Part shown: in pieces, positions 1 through 13,900 of the stretch
Position numbering within the stretch: position 1 is the stretch's first letter
Layout of the letters: each line of letters opens with the position of its first letter
Origin: Cenococcum geophilum
Taxonomy: Eukaryota
Direction of reading: 5' to 3'
Assembly (NCBI GenBank): GCA_050273025.1
Contig: CP158636.1
Coordinates: 11,966,001-12,030,000, forward strand
Length of the DNA stretch: 64,000 nt
Notes under the pieces: model-generated
Seen by the model: the letters and a program-made list of their open reading frames with translations, nothing else
Told to the model about the DNA's origin: nothing
Database searches by the model: none
Position numbers and translations under genes: made by a program

Positions 1-1958
1 AAGCGGGTTACTTTCCTCCGTAATAATACCCTACTAGTACTAGAATTGGGGAAGGCTATAGTCTATAAGCGTCTTTTAGTAATTTATAAGTATTTAATAG
101 ATAAAGTATAGGCGTTATCATCCTTGCTAACTATAGGAGGAGTATTAGGTTAGCGGGCTAGAAAGCAAGGTAGATTATTATAGATAGACTATTTAAAGCG
201 GTCCTATAAAGCAACTGGCTCCGTAATAGGGCTATAAAGTAAAGCGGTTATAAATAAGGAGCGTAGCTAGGCGCTAACGGTAAAAACAGCGGCCTCCGTT
301 AAGTAATTAATCCACTTATAATTATCTTCTAGTAGGCCTAAGGCCACGTAGGCAGTTTAGAAGGTTAAATAAACTATACCAGTAACGGTATAGAGGTCCT
401 TAAAAAAGGTAGGGCCAGGAACGGATATTAGTAGTAGCCGTAAGTAGAACCTCTCCCCTATAATAAGGTTGTAGTAATATATACGGCCTATTATAGTACT
501 TTACTAGCGAGGATACTATTTCTGCTGCTTTATATAAAAGATATACCGCTTAGGGAAGTCTTAATATAGGCAGTTACGAGCATCCTTATACTCCGCGTTA
601 TATTTAAAAAAGGCCGTTAATATAGAGTAGAAGAGCTTAAGACGCTGCTGGATCTTCTATATAGACTAGTCTAGCTAAAAGTATACGGGCTACTTACCTA
701 GAAGGTGCACCGTAAGCTAGATTATAGGGGGGAACTCCTTATAAATAGGAAACTTAAATAGCCGCTAGATAGCCTTAGAGGGGCCGATATAATAGCTCTA
801 TAAATACTAGCTTACCTTATCGCCGTCTGTAAGCCATAAAGTAATATAGTTGCTCCCCTTATATATATACTTATAGATATACTTAACGGACTTTATAAAG
901 GCGTAGACCTTAACATTTATATAGGTATAATACTTTATGGTTAGATATAGGGAGTATAGAATAATCTAGCGGTTATCTATTTTAAAGGTAGCTTTAGTAA
1001 GCCCTAGTAAGTAAACAGACCACAACCATAGATTGTTATAATAGCCATATTCTGGATAGCCGTCCTTATATATAATAGTAGTAGGGTTAAAAGCCTTAGG
1101 GTACCGCTTTAAGTAGGTTAGCGGAAGGCCTAGCCCTAGTAAAACTATATAGGGAGCTCGTAGATTTTAGGAGCCGTAAGGGCCGTAAACTATTATTATT
1201 TTTATAATCTTAGTAAGACAACTAATAGGATCGTCCTCTGGCTGCGGAAGCTTAGTAGATATAAAATGGTTAATAATAGCTAGGTTTAGCAGCCTATCGC
1301 GGTTATATAGATATAGAAAGAGTAGTAGGTATAGATAGGGCAGGCCCTATTTTTAGTACTTAATAGTTTAAACGGAGCCGCGGTACCGGCTAAAGATTTA
1401 CTTCCGTTTTAGGTTATATAGGAGGTAGGTAACTTTTATATAAAAGACGCGTATAACTAGATTAGGCCTATCTATAGTAGTCTAGCTAGGTAGTAGCTCG
1501 CGGGTAATCTTGTTTTACCTAAGGTTAGCAATAAACGTAATAAATATACTAGGACGGCCGTATTTGCGGACAATAGCAATTAAATCCTAATAGCACTAGC
1601 CGATAAAGCGAGCTCCGCTAAAAAAAAAAGCTTAATAGAAGGACTACGCGGCGGCCTAATAATTTAGGGTCTAGATTGGCGCGGGTAAGAGTATCTGTAA
1701 CGCCGTTATATAGCTCTATATAAAAGGCAGGTTAGTAAAAGCGGATCTAGTTAAGCTTATTCTAATTATATAGTGCCTATACATCTATAACGTACTACTA
1801 AAATAGCGGGTAGTAGGTAAAAGGGACTAACTTAGAGTGCCTATAGACGTGTAGGTAGAACCAAAAGTAGGCCTATTAGGTTAAACGGTTTTGCTAGCGG
1901 GCTTAATTAGAGTTGCGTAGCTAGAGACCCTAGTGCTAGCCAGTATTACTATGGGGGA

Positions 1959-2194
1959 CGTTAGGAAAAAATTTACCTGCATCTAATTTTACTTTTCTGC
2001 CATTTTAGCATTTTTTAGCATTTTTAGCATTTTCTAGCATTTAGCAGCTAAATGCCGCATTTATTACTAAGTACTAGCATTTAGCTGCTAAATGCCGCAT
2101 TTATAATTAAGTATTAGCATTTAGCTGCTAAATGCTAGAAAATGCTAAAATAGCAGAAAAGTAAAATTAGATACTAGTAAATTTTTTCCTAATA
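1959..2194. repeat. ~236-bp inverted repeat (hairpin) at the left end of the TIR element
   Basis: aggaaaaaatttacctgcatctaattttacttttctgccattttagcattt is mirrored by aaatgctaaaatagcagaaaagtaaaattagatactagtaaattttttcctaata. Internal tagcattt units are repeated. Confidence 0.9.
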
Positions 2195-2199
2195 TAGAG

Positions 2200-2868
2200 G
2201 CTCCGCATAAAGTTCTATATAAAGTTTAAAGTTCCGCATAAAGTTTTACATAAAGCTCTGCGCGAAGCTCTATATAAAGCTCTATATAAAGTTCTATATA
2301 AAGTTCTATATAAAGCTTTGTATAAAGCTCTATATAAAGTTCTATATAAAGTTCTGCACGAAGCTCTATATAAAGCTCTATATAAAGTTCTATACAAAGT
2401 TCTATATAAAGCTCTATATAAAGCTCTATATAAAGCTCTATACAAAGCTCTACACAAAGCTCTATATAAAGTTCTATACGAAGTTCTACATAAAGCTCTA
2501 TATAAAGCTCTATACGAAGCTCTATATAAAGTTCTATACGAAGTTCTGCACAAAGCTTTGCATAAAGCTCTATACAAAGCTCTATACGAAGTTCTATATA
2601 AAGCTCTGTATAAAGCTCTATACGAAGCTCTGTACAAAGCTCTATATAAAGTTCTACACGAAGTTCTACACGAAGCTCTATACGAAGTTCTATACAAAGT
2701 TCTATACAAAGCTCTGCACGAAGCTCTACATAAAGCTCTGCACAAAACTCTACATAAAGCTCTTATATAAAGCTCTATATAAGGCTCTATATAAAGCTCT
2801 ATATACAGAGGCTCTGTATAAGGCTTTACGCGAAGCTCTATATACGGAGGCTCTATATAAAGCTCCGT
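2200..2868. repeat. 12-bp minisatellite, ~55 copies (AAAGCTCTATAT and variants)
   Basis: The tandem array is directly visible. It produces the artefactual KALY and RALY ORFs on both strands. Confidence 0.95.
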
Positions 2869-3449
2869 ATTGGGTCCCCGCTATATTCCCAATAGCCTCT
2901 ACATATACCTCTGCTAAGTATACCCCTATATAGCCACCTTATTTTTTACCCTTCCTTCCTTCCTTATATCCTCCCTACCTAGGAAGGCACTAGAACGGCA
3001 GCTAGTAGAGGACTATTGCTAAAACTAGACGATTGTTGCCAGAACTAGACAACTGTCGCCAGAACCAGATAACTACCGTTTAAATAACCAGCTAGCGAAC
3101 GCCGCGAACGATTTAATTAATTAATCGATTAAATTGAACTAAAGCTTTAATATTAGCCCGTTACCAAATTAAATTAAGGCCTCCTAGGGAGGTACCCTAG
3201 ATGACTACTGTTTAAATATATAGCTAGCGAACGGCCGTAGAGAATGATTCGAATTAATATAATTAATCAATTGATTAAATTAGGTAGAGCCTTTAATTAG
3301 GCTAGCCCTTCCCCTAAATTATAGACAGGTAGGCATAGATAGGTAGGTATAGACAGTAGGTATAGATAGGAGGTACAAACAGGTAGACATAGACAGTAGT
3401 TATAGATAGGTAGGTATAGGTAGGTATAAACAGATAGATAGATAGATGG

Positions 3450-3616
3450 GTAGGCAGGTAAGTAGGTAGGTAGGTAGGTAGGTAAGTAGGTAAGTAGGTA
3501 GGTAGGTAGGTAGGTAGGTAGGTAGGTAGGTAGGTAGGTAGGTAGGTAGGTAGGTAGGTAGATAGATAGGCAGGTAGGTAGATAAGCAGGTAGGTAGGTA
3601 GGTAGGTAGGTAAGTA
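3450..3616 (+). repeat. (TAGG)n microsatellite with a degenerate lead-in from ~3322
   Basis: Long run of taggtaggtagg. Confidence 0.95.
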
Positions 3617-6600
3617 AAAAAGAACCGTCGCTATATTATATTAAATTATCTAAAATAATATAATTTATTGTAACGGGACTAGCCCAGTTATAGTAGGAAT
3701 GTCTCGGTAAAACACTTAATAGATAAATTCCGACGCTTTAACCAAATTCTGCTAGCTTAGTTAACTTCTACTAAAGTCCGTTAAAGACCGCGTACGTATA
3801 TACGCACGCATCGACCACTAAGCCCCTAACTATTTAATTATATGATTCTCTGGTTATTCCCTTCTCTTCTTTACGCAACGTCTTGTTCTTAGCGAGAGCT
3901 ATATACCCTTAGATTTAGATAGAATTTATATTATTCCTTTAAATCTTCCCCAAAGTCTCTCCGCGTCCTTATATTACGTTATATTAATACTAATACCCTT
4001 AAAATGGTAAACGAACTCAAATCCGCTATGTTAACTATTATGGCCCTAGTTAGGGAATAAATAACAATAATATAATAGTCCTTTATGGATGCCTTGGCCT
4101 AGCAACAAACTATACTAAAAGCTTAGTATTAGTAATTAATTAAAGTAATACGCAAAGAACTCTATAACGCTAAAGTACTCACATTAGAGACCCTAATAGT
4201 AATACCTATAAACAAAATTAAAATAACTATATGCGAACCTAACCTATTAAATATAAACCCTAAACTAGTAACGGTAGCTTAACCCATACCTATAATAAAC
4301 CTGGTACCTACTATAAAATTTAAAAAGCTCCCTAACTCTTTAATATTTAATAGAAATTAAAATAACCTATATCCCTTTATAACTAAGCTCTGTCTTAAAC
4401 TTTTAATAAACTATAACTAATACCCTACTAAAGCTAGCAAGATTAGCTATAGAATATCTTAATTAAGTAAAGATGCTATACAAACTATGGACCTATTCTT
4501 CTATAATAGCACCTTTATTAATTCCAAAATCTTTATCTCTCTATTAGAACGAACGTATAATAACGCCAGCCGCGAATATACAGCTATTACTAAACTTAAA
4601 ACCCTACAATAACGGAACCGAGACTTTACTAGCTTTTTTTCGGAATTTTTAGGCCTTATTAGTGAACTGGATTAGAATGAAGCCGCTAGAGTTGCTGCTC
4701 TCCGTTAAGCTATCTTAGATAAAATTAGAGTATAGTTAGTAGGTAGAGAACTGCTAAAAGACTTACCCGAATTTGCTATAATATGTTAACGAATTAATAA
4801 AGACCTCTAATATAATAAGTAGACTTATTCTTTAAAGCTAACTATACCTTATGTTTAAAACTCTATAAAACCAATATATACCCTAAAGCGCGATCCGTCT
4901 CTAAGACCTAAAAGCCCTATATATAACCCTATGGACTTTAACGCTACTTAATTCTATATACCCTTAGGAACCGATAAATAAAGAATATAAGCTGTAAATA
5001 GAGAATGTTTTGGATATAGAAAAAAGGGATATATTTAAAGGGATTGCTAAACTTACCCTTTTAAAAAAGTCTGCCGTAGCTCCTCTTAGTCCTTAAATTA
5101 TACTTATTTTATAAATTATACTTAGTCGCCGTAAAGCATCTTACCTTTAGTTAATTTGGAAAACGAATTATCCTAGGGCCAAGTCGCGCCTTAGGATAAG
5201 AAGTGGAAGAGTATAAGTATCTAGGCTCTTCTAGCGCTAATATATAATATAACTCCCTTAATATACTTAGCGAAATTTAAATATTTGGAAAATGGAAGGA
5301 AGTACGAATCCTTATAGACAGTAGAGCTACTAGTATAGGCTTTATTAATACGAACTACGCGAAAACTTAACGCTTAAATTTAAAGAAATTTAATAAGCCC
5401 TAAGGCCTATAAGGCTTTAATAGTAAGCCTTTAATATATAGCGAACTAATATACTACGCTCTTATAAAGATGTAAATAGGTAAATACCTTAAATATATTT
5501 CCCTATTTGTAATACCCTTAAAGTATTATAAGGTAATACTTGGACACAGATAGCTAAAATGATACAACCCTTTAATTAGCTAGGTTAAAGAAACACTAAA
5601 ATTCCGTATAACCTACTGCCAAAGTTATTACTTAAAATACTACTTACCCTATAAACATATACACGACTATTCGAATTTAATATAATATAAATTACCCTTA
5701 CTATAAACCCCGAACTAATATAAGAAAGTTATAACTACTAATTACGGTAAAGAATGCGAAGATAATATATTAAAACCCCTTAAAATTTGTATAATATAAG
5801 CCGCACCCTTTTATTTATTAGCAAGAAAACAAGACTATAAGATCTTTACTATAACACTAAAAGACATTAAGAAGGCGTTGGAACTAAAGCAATATATTAA
5901 CCCCCAACCTCTTATACCTAAAGAATATTACGATCTAATTAATATGTTTAAGAAATAATTTGTAAACTAACTACCCCCGTATTAAAATAAATATAATTTT
6001 AAGATAGAACTTAAACCTGGTATAACGCTAAAGTTCGGCCCGTTATACGGTATATCACGAGAAGAGCTGCTAGTAATGCGATAATACCTTAAAGAGCACC
6101 TAGAGAAAGGATTTATTTACCCTAGTTAATTACTATTCGCCTCGCCTATACTATTTATTAAGAAACCTAGAGGAGGCTTAAGGTTCTGTGTTAATTATTG
6201 AGCCCTAAATGCGATTATAATTTAAAACTAATATCCAATTTCTCTACTTTAAGAAACGCTTAACTACTTAGCGAAAGCATAATACTTTATAAAGCTTAAT
6301 ATAGTCACTGCCTTTAATTAAATCCGTGTTTATAAAGGAGATGAAAAGTATACGGCTTTCTGTATATAATAGGGACTTTTTAAATACCTGGTAATGCTGT
6401 TTAGTATAAAGAATAGTCCTAGTACGTTTTAGTAATACGTTAATAATACGCTTCGCGAATTCCTTAATATATTTATTACCGCGTATATTAATAATATCTT
6501 AATCTATTTATCTTCGCTTTCTAAGTATTAGAAGTACATCTAAATAGTTCTTAAATGCCTATAAGACGCGGGCTTATAATGCAACATTAAGAAATACAAG

Positions 6601-7936
6601 TTCCATGCGTCCAAAGTCACATACTTAGGCCTAATTATATCCCGCGATGGAATCAAATAGACCCTAAGAAAATTGCTATAATTATAAACTAGGAAAGTCC
6701 TAGTAGTGTACAAAACATCTAAGGATTTCTAGGATTTACAAATTTTTACTATTAATTTATTAATCACTTCTTAAAAATTATTTAGCTATTAGTAAACTTA
6801 ATAAGGAAGAATATAAGATTTAAATAGACTACTAAATATAAACAAGCTTTTAACGACCTAAAATATCATTTTATAACTGCTCTAATTCTTACCCACTTTA
6901 ATCTGGACCTTAAATGCATTATTAAAACAGACTCGTCTAATTATGCATTAGGAGAAGTGTTATCGCAATATAATAAAAACGGCGAGCTGCGCCTAGTAGC
7001 CTTTCTCTCTTGGAAACTTACCCCTGCTAAATTAAACTATAAGATATATAATAAGGAACTGCTTATAATTATTAGATGCTTTAAATAATGGCGTCTAAAA
7101 CTTAAAGGATTGTTATTCCTAATACGCGTATTAACGGACCATAAAAACCTACAGTACTTTATAACTATAAAGCAATTAACGCAGCGCTAAATTTATTAGG
7201 CTAAATACCTCTTATAATTTAACTTTAAGATTATATACTAACCTAGCAAACTTAATTAGAAGCCTAACTTATTAATATAACAATTATAGGACTTACCTAT
7301 AAGCGCCTCTGACGAACAGATTATAAATTAATTATAAATTCTACTGCCCCCTAAATGCTTTAAGAAACTACGCCCTATATTTCCAGACGCGGAGCTTAAT
7401 AGGAATAAATTAGAAATTAATAAGTAGAATATAGAAATCGATAAATTAACAAAGCACAAATATAAGAACGACCCCTAAATAGCAGATATAATAAAAGCAA
7501 TTTAAACAGGGAAACGGTAATATAAGGATATTACACTCGCTAAATGCGAAATCTATAATAATCGGTTATACTATTAACAGAAGATAGTAGTCCTAAATTC
7601 CAAACCCTTACGATTTAAGATACTTAAATTTATACACAATTCCCCTATAGTAGAGCACCCTAGCTATATAAAGACCTATAAGATTATCTAACAAATATAT
7701 TACTGGCCTATAATGCACAACTATATACAAAAATACGTTTAAGTATACAGAATGTGCGTGCGTAGGAAGACCTCTTATATAAAGAAATAAGGAGTACTTT
7801 AACTATTGCTAATTCTAATATAAAGATAGCGAGATATCTTAATTAACTTTGTAGTTAACCTGCTTAATAGTAATAGGTTTATAAATATTATAGTAGTTAT
7901 TAACTATTTTATAAAAATGTGACACATAATTCCTAT

Positions 7937-10900
7937 TATTCGTACTAACTTAATAGCACGAGTGAGTTGTATCCCGGGGCACGAAATACGTATAGTATTA
8001 TATGCTCTTTAGGATAGTGGTGACTATCGATTATATAAAGCAGACTACGTAGTCTATATACTAATGCGCCTCCCCCCTAATTAGTTAGTGCTTTAGAAGT
8101 GCACCAGACGCGTAAGCGGGTGGTTAGTGCACTAAACGCGTAAACGCGTACTCGGCGTACCAAACGCGTAAGCACGCGGTTAGTACGACAGGTGCTATAA
8201 TTATACACTAGCGGTACTTAGAAAATAAAACCACTTATATATAGCCTCCGTAATTGTCTTAATAGAACTATAAAACACATAAGAAAATATATAGGAAATC
8301 CCTCCTAAGGTGCCTTCTGGGTTGCCTTCCAAATGGTGCTCCAAGCTGGCCGTAAGTCCTACTTACGGTCCGTAAAATAAACTATACGGCCTTTTAATAG
8401 GCCGTAAATGTACCATACGGCCTTCTGACGGGCCGTAACTGAACCATAAATGCTCCGTTAGTCTTACTCTACCTATTCTATAACCTTTAGGTTAAGCTTA
8501 TTTATATTAATTAGGGTTTTAAGAGCTTAATACGGCTTTGCCTTAGTCATAGCGTCTACTAGGTTATTTCCGCTGCTAATCTATTTAACCTCCGTAATCT
8601 TACGTCGTTCGTAGGCCTAATATAAGCATATTAGGTCGACCATGAGCCTCTTCTCTTATATCATACCTAGTTTAACTAGGTAGTCGTAAAGGGACTTTAA
8701 ATCGGTGCATAAAACCAGGGGTAACTGCTTTAGTTGTAGAATCTTTTAAATCGTTAATTTAATTACGGCTGCTATATTAAAGCCATAGGCTAGTGCATAT
8801 AGTTTAGAAGCTAGTACACTACGGGTTACTTATTTGCATTTAATTAAAGACTAATATAGTATATTTGCGTCCTAATTACGGTCCGTAAGTACAATTACGA
8901 AGCCAATTTATAATAATAGGTCTTTATTATTGGCAAAGGAGGCGTCCGTAAATACTAGTAAGCTAAGGGAATTTAGGTCTAGTGGTACAAAAGTAAATCC
9001 CCTTACTATATTGTCGATTTGCTACTAAATGCGCTTATTAAGCTACTTAACATTTTCTTCTTGCGGGTCTACTGCCTGGGCCGCAAAAGATAAATTATAG
9101 GTAGATTTGGGTTGGCAGACTGTAGCAATATAGGCGCCTCTTACACGCTATATAATGTATTAGTCCTTTATATTTACGGTCTTGCGGGTCTCTCCATGGG
9201 AACTAGTAAGGTCCGTAGGCTTTACTATAATAGGCTTTAGGTTTTAAGCTTAGCGTTCCTAAGTCAGCTTAATTAGGTTGCCCTTTTATATAATTAGACC
9301 TCTATTAAACTTAATCAGATTTTACTTAGTTAACTACTTTTACGGCTTTACCAAGAACTTAGCCTTTTATAGTTTAGTTTCTTTAGCATCTATAAAGGTC
9401 TGGTCTGCTAGGAATAGGGTATTATCTATTTAAAGTTTAATAATATTAAGGCCGTTTAATGGGCTATATAGAAGGCAGGGGTCGTAGGTCAACTGTTCTA
9501 TTTTAAGTTTACTAACGTGGTGCTAGTAGTATATCTTAAACTAATAGTTTCTAGCTTCTGGTACTCCGTAAAGAGGTTTTATAACCTATAAAATTGTTCC
9601 TAGTTATAGATTAAGCTCGCGGGGTAGCCGTATAAAGATATCCCTACTTAGGTAGGTATTAGACTGCACATAGGCTTGCGAGATATCCCGTAGGTAAAGG
9701 GCTACGGGTTTACTTTACTATAGTCCGGGCGTAAGTGTAAGTATAATCCGTTAACTAACTTATTAAATTATAGGCAATTGCGTAAGGACTAAATTCTTTC
9801 CTTAGTTATTATAGGCTTATATAACAAGTCTTAATTTTTTAAAGGCTTTATTAGTACTAGGGTGCTTAATCTCGTTAATAAAGCGTAAGTTAAATATACG
9901 GACGCCTTACGGAACATCTCTCTCCATTACGGCCATAAAAACACCCTTTTTAAGTAGTTTATTAATCTCCTTACGTTATAAGTCCGTAAAAGGGGTTTCC
10001 TATACTAGAACTAATATATCCATAGGCGGAGATTGCCTTACGGATATTCCTGCGGAGGTTAGGTAATTTTTTATTACGGAGTTCTTAGTTATAGGGTGCT
10101 TTCGGGGGCGTCCTCGACCGCGCTTTATAGTAGGTTTGGTAGGTTCCATAGGTTTCTAGGGGACTTCTAGGGTAGGTAAGGGTGCTTCTAGTTCGTCTAA
10201 TTCAGCAGTTACTTCTAGCTTATCTAGCTTAACGTCATTAGTGTTTTCGGGCCAAAAGTAGGGTTTTACGGACGTGCTTCTAAAGTTAGTCGGTCCGCTA
10301 GGAAGTTATATATAGCACGTTTCGTCTTCTATAGCTAGTAAACAATAAGGTCTAGTCCAGTTGCCGCTCTTACGCCATATAAGGACTTTAGAATTAAGCG
10401 GGAGGTTATAAACTAAGGTTGTGTTAGGTCCGTTACGGTAATACAGGGCGTTATTAACAGCTTATTTGGCCCGTAATTTAACTATTTCGGCCATTGCCTT
10501 CCGTATTACAGCTGCTCGTTCCATAATAGACGGGGTAGGAGGGCCTAGGTTACTTATCCTTAGGTAGGCTCCATAGACCAAGAGGGTGGGTACTAGTCCG
10601 TCAGGGCCAGCGGTGTTATTAATAGCTTTTACGGCCATCTATAGAGCCAGTTCCTTTTAGATATCCTTACATTCGTCCATAATAATCTAGTAAGCTCTCT
10701 ATAAGGCTAAGTAAGCTCGCTTAACAAGCCCAATAAACCAATGCGCCTCAACTAGGACAGCTTTTATTAATATAGCCATAGCCGTAGCATACTACTAGAA
10801 TTTCTTACTGATAAAATTCCTACCGGCGTCGTAGGTGATATACTAAGGGGGTCTAACATATATGTCAATCTAGCAGGTCCGTAAAATATCCCAAGTATAT

Positions 10901-13900
10901 TTTATGGATATATTTTATAACTAACGGGCGGCTTAATAGCGGGTTGCCTCGTCGATTATATATAATACTGGACTGCCGTTAATATACATAATATCCACGT
11001 ATACTAAGTAGTTAAAGTTAAGGTCCTTATAAAGGGTGAACTTAAATCGGCCTAGGGAACGTCTATATTTCTAGCAGAAGGAGCAGTATTTAGTTAGGTG
11101 GTTAATTACCTTCTTATTAACGTCATGTCCAGAGCGTTTAAGGACTCTATATAGTTTTTCGGCTAATAGGTAGCCAAAATAGCAGTACAGGCGGTGGATC
11201 TCAGTACTAGTAAGGTAGCACGGGTTATAGTCAAAAGATTCCTAAATGTAGGTCCGTAAAGTCTCTCCCTATATAAGAAACGGGTGTCCGAATCGTCGTA
11301 CAATTAGTAGGGTAATATGCTTACTTCCTAGGGCAGTTATAGGGCCAATTACGGTGTCCGTAATATTGTTATAGTAGACCTATAGCCTATTTATATCCGC
11401 AAGACAGAGTAGAAAAGGGGTGTCTGCTTTTACTACGTGGAAGTTAACTAGGCTAATTAGGGTCTTAACTGCAACTAATCCAATTAATGTGGTTAAGCCA
11501 ATGCCGAATTAGACGTTTACGGCCCCATTTTACGTAGTATTAATATCCGTATTATCATTTACGGTAGTTATAACGGTGCTGGGGCACCGCCCCTGCGATG
11601 TCACATGCAACCTAGACAGGGGGCCTAGTCAGGGGCTCGCTTGGAGACTTGGCTCTTATATATAAACGTATTCTCTCCTCAACCTTCTTCTACTCCTTAG
11701 CTTAGTATCTTCGTAATACAGCATTCTACAAGCTTCGGTTCAAAGGCATTTATACAAGCCATAACATTATACTAAGCTCACCCACCCAGGGGGGACTTCA
11801 TTTGTTTGGAGCTCCCTCTTTACCTCGCCTAGGAAGGCCTAGATAATCTCCCACCCCTATCCCGCGTGTTCTTGCGGAGAACACGCGTCGAACACCCCTA
11901 GCTGCGCGTCGTCAACGCGTCAAGTCGCTATTATTAAACCGGGAGCCGGTATTCAAGCAGCTAGAAGGTCTCCTATAGTTACGATCAAATGCCAACTTCG
12001 ATAGCTAAGGACACGATGGCTTGCAGCCTACTACTACCCTACTAGATCGAGCGCGGCTCTCTAGAACCCCCCCTAACCTTTTTAACTAATACGGAGTTAT
12101 ACGAGCTTTAGAGATAACCTTGGTTAAGACTTAGCCTAGTGCTGCAAGGAACAAAATCGGTAATCCTGTTACTAAGCCTGGAACTAATTCCGTAGTATTG
12201 GCTAAGATAAGCCAAGACATAACCCAAGCCGTGCCATTAGGCAGTAGGTGCATGTTGTCCGCGAAGTCCTCTAGTATGCATTAGGTTTGGGCCAACGGCT
12301 AAAACAAGCTAACTTATAACCCGCGCCGTGCCATTAGGCGGTAGGTGTATATTATCCGCGAGTCCTCTAAAACAAATCCTACCCATTGTCCTCTGGCTAC
12401 TACGCTGCGATAACCACCCTAATTGATACTAAGCCGTATAAGGAGAGATAAAATTAATTAGGAAGGACCTAATGCTTACACTATACTGCTACCCTAAACC
12501 CCTAAACCCAATTACTAACTATGCTAATATGCCTACAGTCTAATTAACCAACGATCGCGCTAATACGCCTATAATCTAAATGCGATTTAAATACGGCCTA
12601 AACGTGATTTAAAAGCAAACCTAATAACCTATTACGCCAATATACCTATAACACGACTCTCCAACTTATCTATAAACGCCCTTATAGACACCCGTTAAGT
12701 TCTTATTAATAACCACTATACCTAACCAACCTAAACCTTACTATCGACCTAGATAGTCCCTCGATCTTACGGCCGAATATATCTGCAAGTATTACAATCC
12801 TATATATAGGGGAGAATTTAAGCAATTTATGGCACTCTTAATTAGGAGAACAGATTAGGAGAATTATTCCGATTTATAGCACTCTCCAATAGCTCTATAG
12901 ATGAGCCTATTTATTAATATAACCTCTTACAAACTATTAACGCGTTCTTCTTAATAGCTATTTATACGACCTTCTATAAATAAGACAGCCTACTATTACG
13001 AAAGTATATCTTACCAGTTGTGACAAGAATCGAAATATTGATACGTACCCTCTCGATGCCATTTATTAACTACCCTTAAACTGCCTACCACTTGACGGTA
13101 GTCCTTAAACGATAATATACGAATCTGCTCTCTAATAGTATCTTATTAAATCGAACGCTATATAACAGCTTACCCTTATATAACTATACTTAAATATTAA
13201 AGCGCACTCTTTCTTTAATACCTTCGACTCCCTGACAAGAATCAAAATATCGACACGTACCTTCTTAATACCTCTTTTAATACCTCTTTTGATACCTCTA
13301 ATAACGACTTAATATGCCAAATTAACGGCATTCCTACGAGTCCTTGATTAATCCTAGATATCTATTACCTATAGTAATATCCTTGATCGAATATAAGTAT
13401 TCAAATACGCCTGTCGACTTTATAGCGTACCCTCGAATATCTTGATAATACGTGAACACGTCTACTATTTAACAACGACCTGTGCATTCCGTAAATCACA
13501 AGAATATTAACAGACCATATACCGATACCCTGGTTAATTCCCGCCAAATTATCGAATATACTATAATTGACAGTAGATCCCTTGACTAGTCGAATACCTT
13601 AACAAAAATTAACCTATCGGCGCGTCTCTTAATACCATACTTATACGATAACTGGTTAAATGTACTACGATTAATAGCACACCTTTAACTAATTAATTAA
13701 CTATAACTAGTAATACGATGGCATCTCTGCTAGTTGACGGCATATTAATTAATTAAATAATCGACAATGTCTCGAACTACCTACCAATTGACGATAGACC
13801 TTGAGAAACCAATAGACGGATTATGCTAATACGCCTGCGATCCGAATGCAATCCAAACGCAACCTGAACACAATTCGGACGCGAACCTAACCGACCATCA

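Noticed and set aside
2215..2770. 176-aa RALY-repeat and 150-aa KALY-repeat ORFs on opposite strands
   Set aside because: Both are by-products of a 12-bp minisatellite in RIPed transposon DNA, with no ATG start or gene context.
2200..2868. CRISPR-like array
   Set aside because: The units are contiguous with no unique spacers, and the DNA is eukaryotic.
3450..3616. Telomeric repeat
   Set aside because: The unit is TAGG, not TTAGGG, and it lies inside a transposon.
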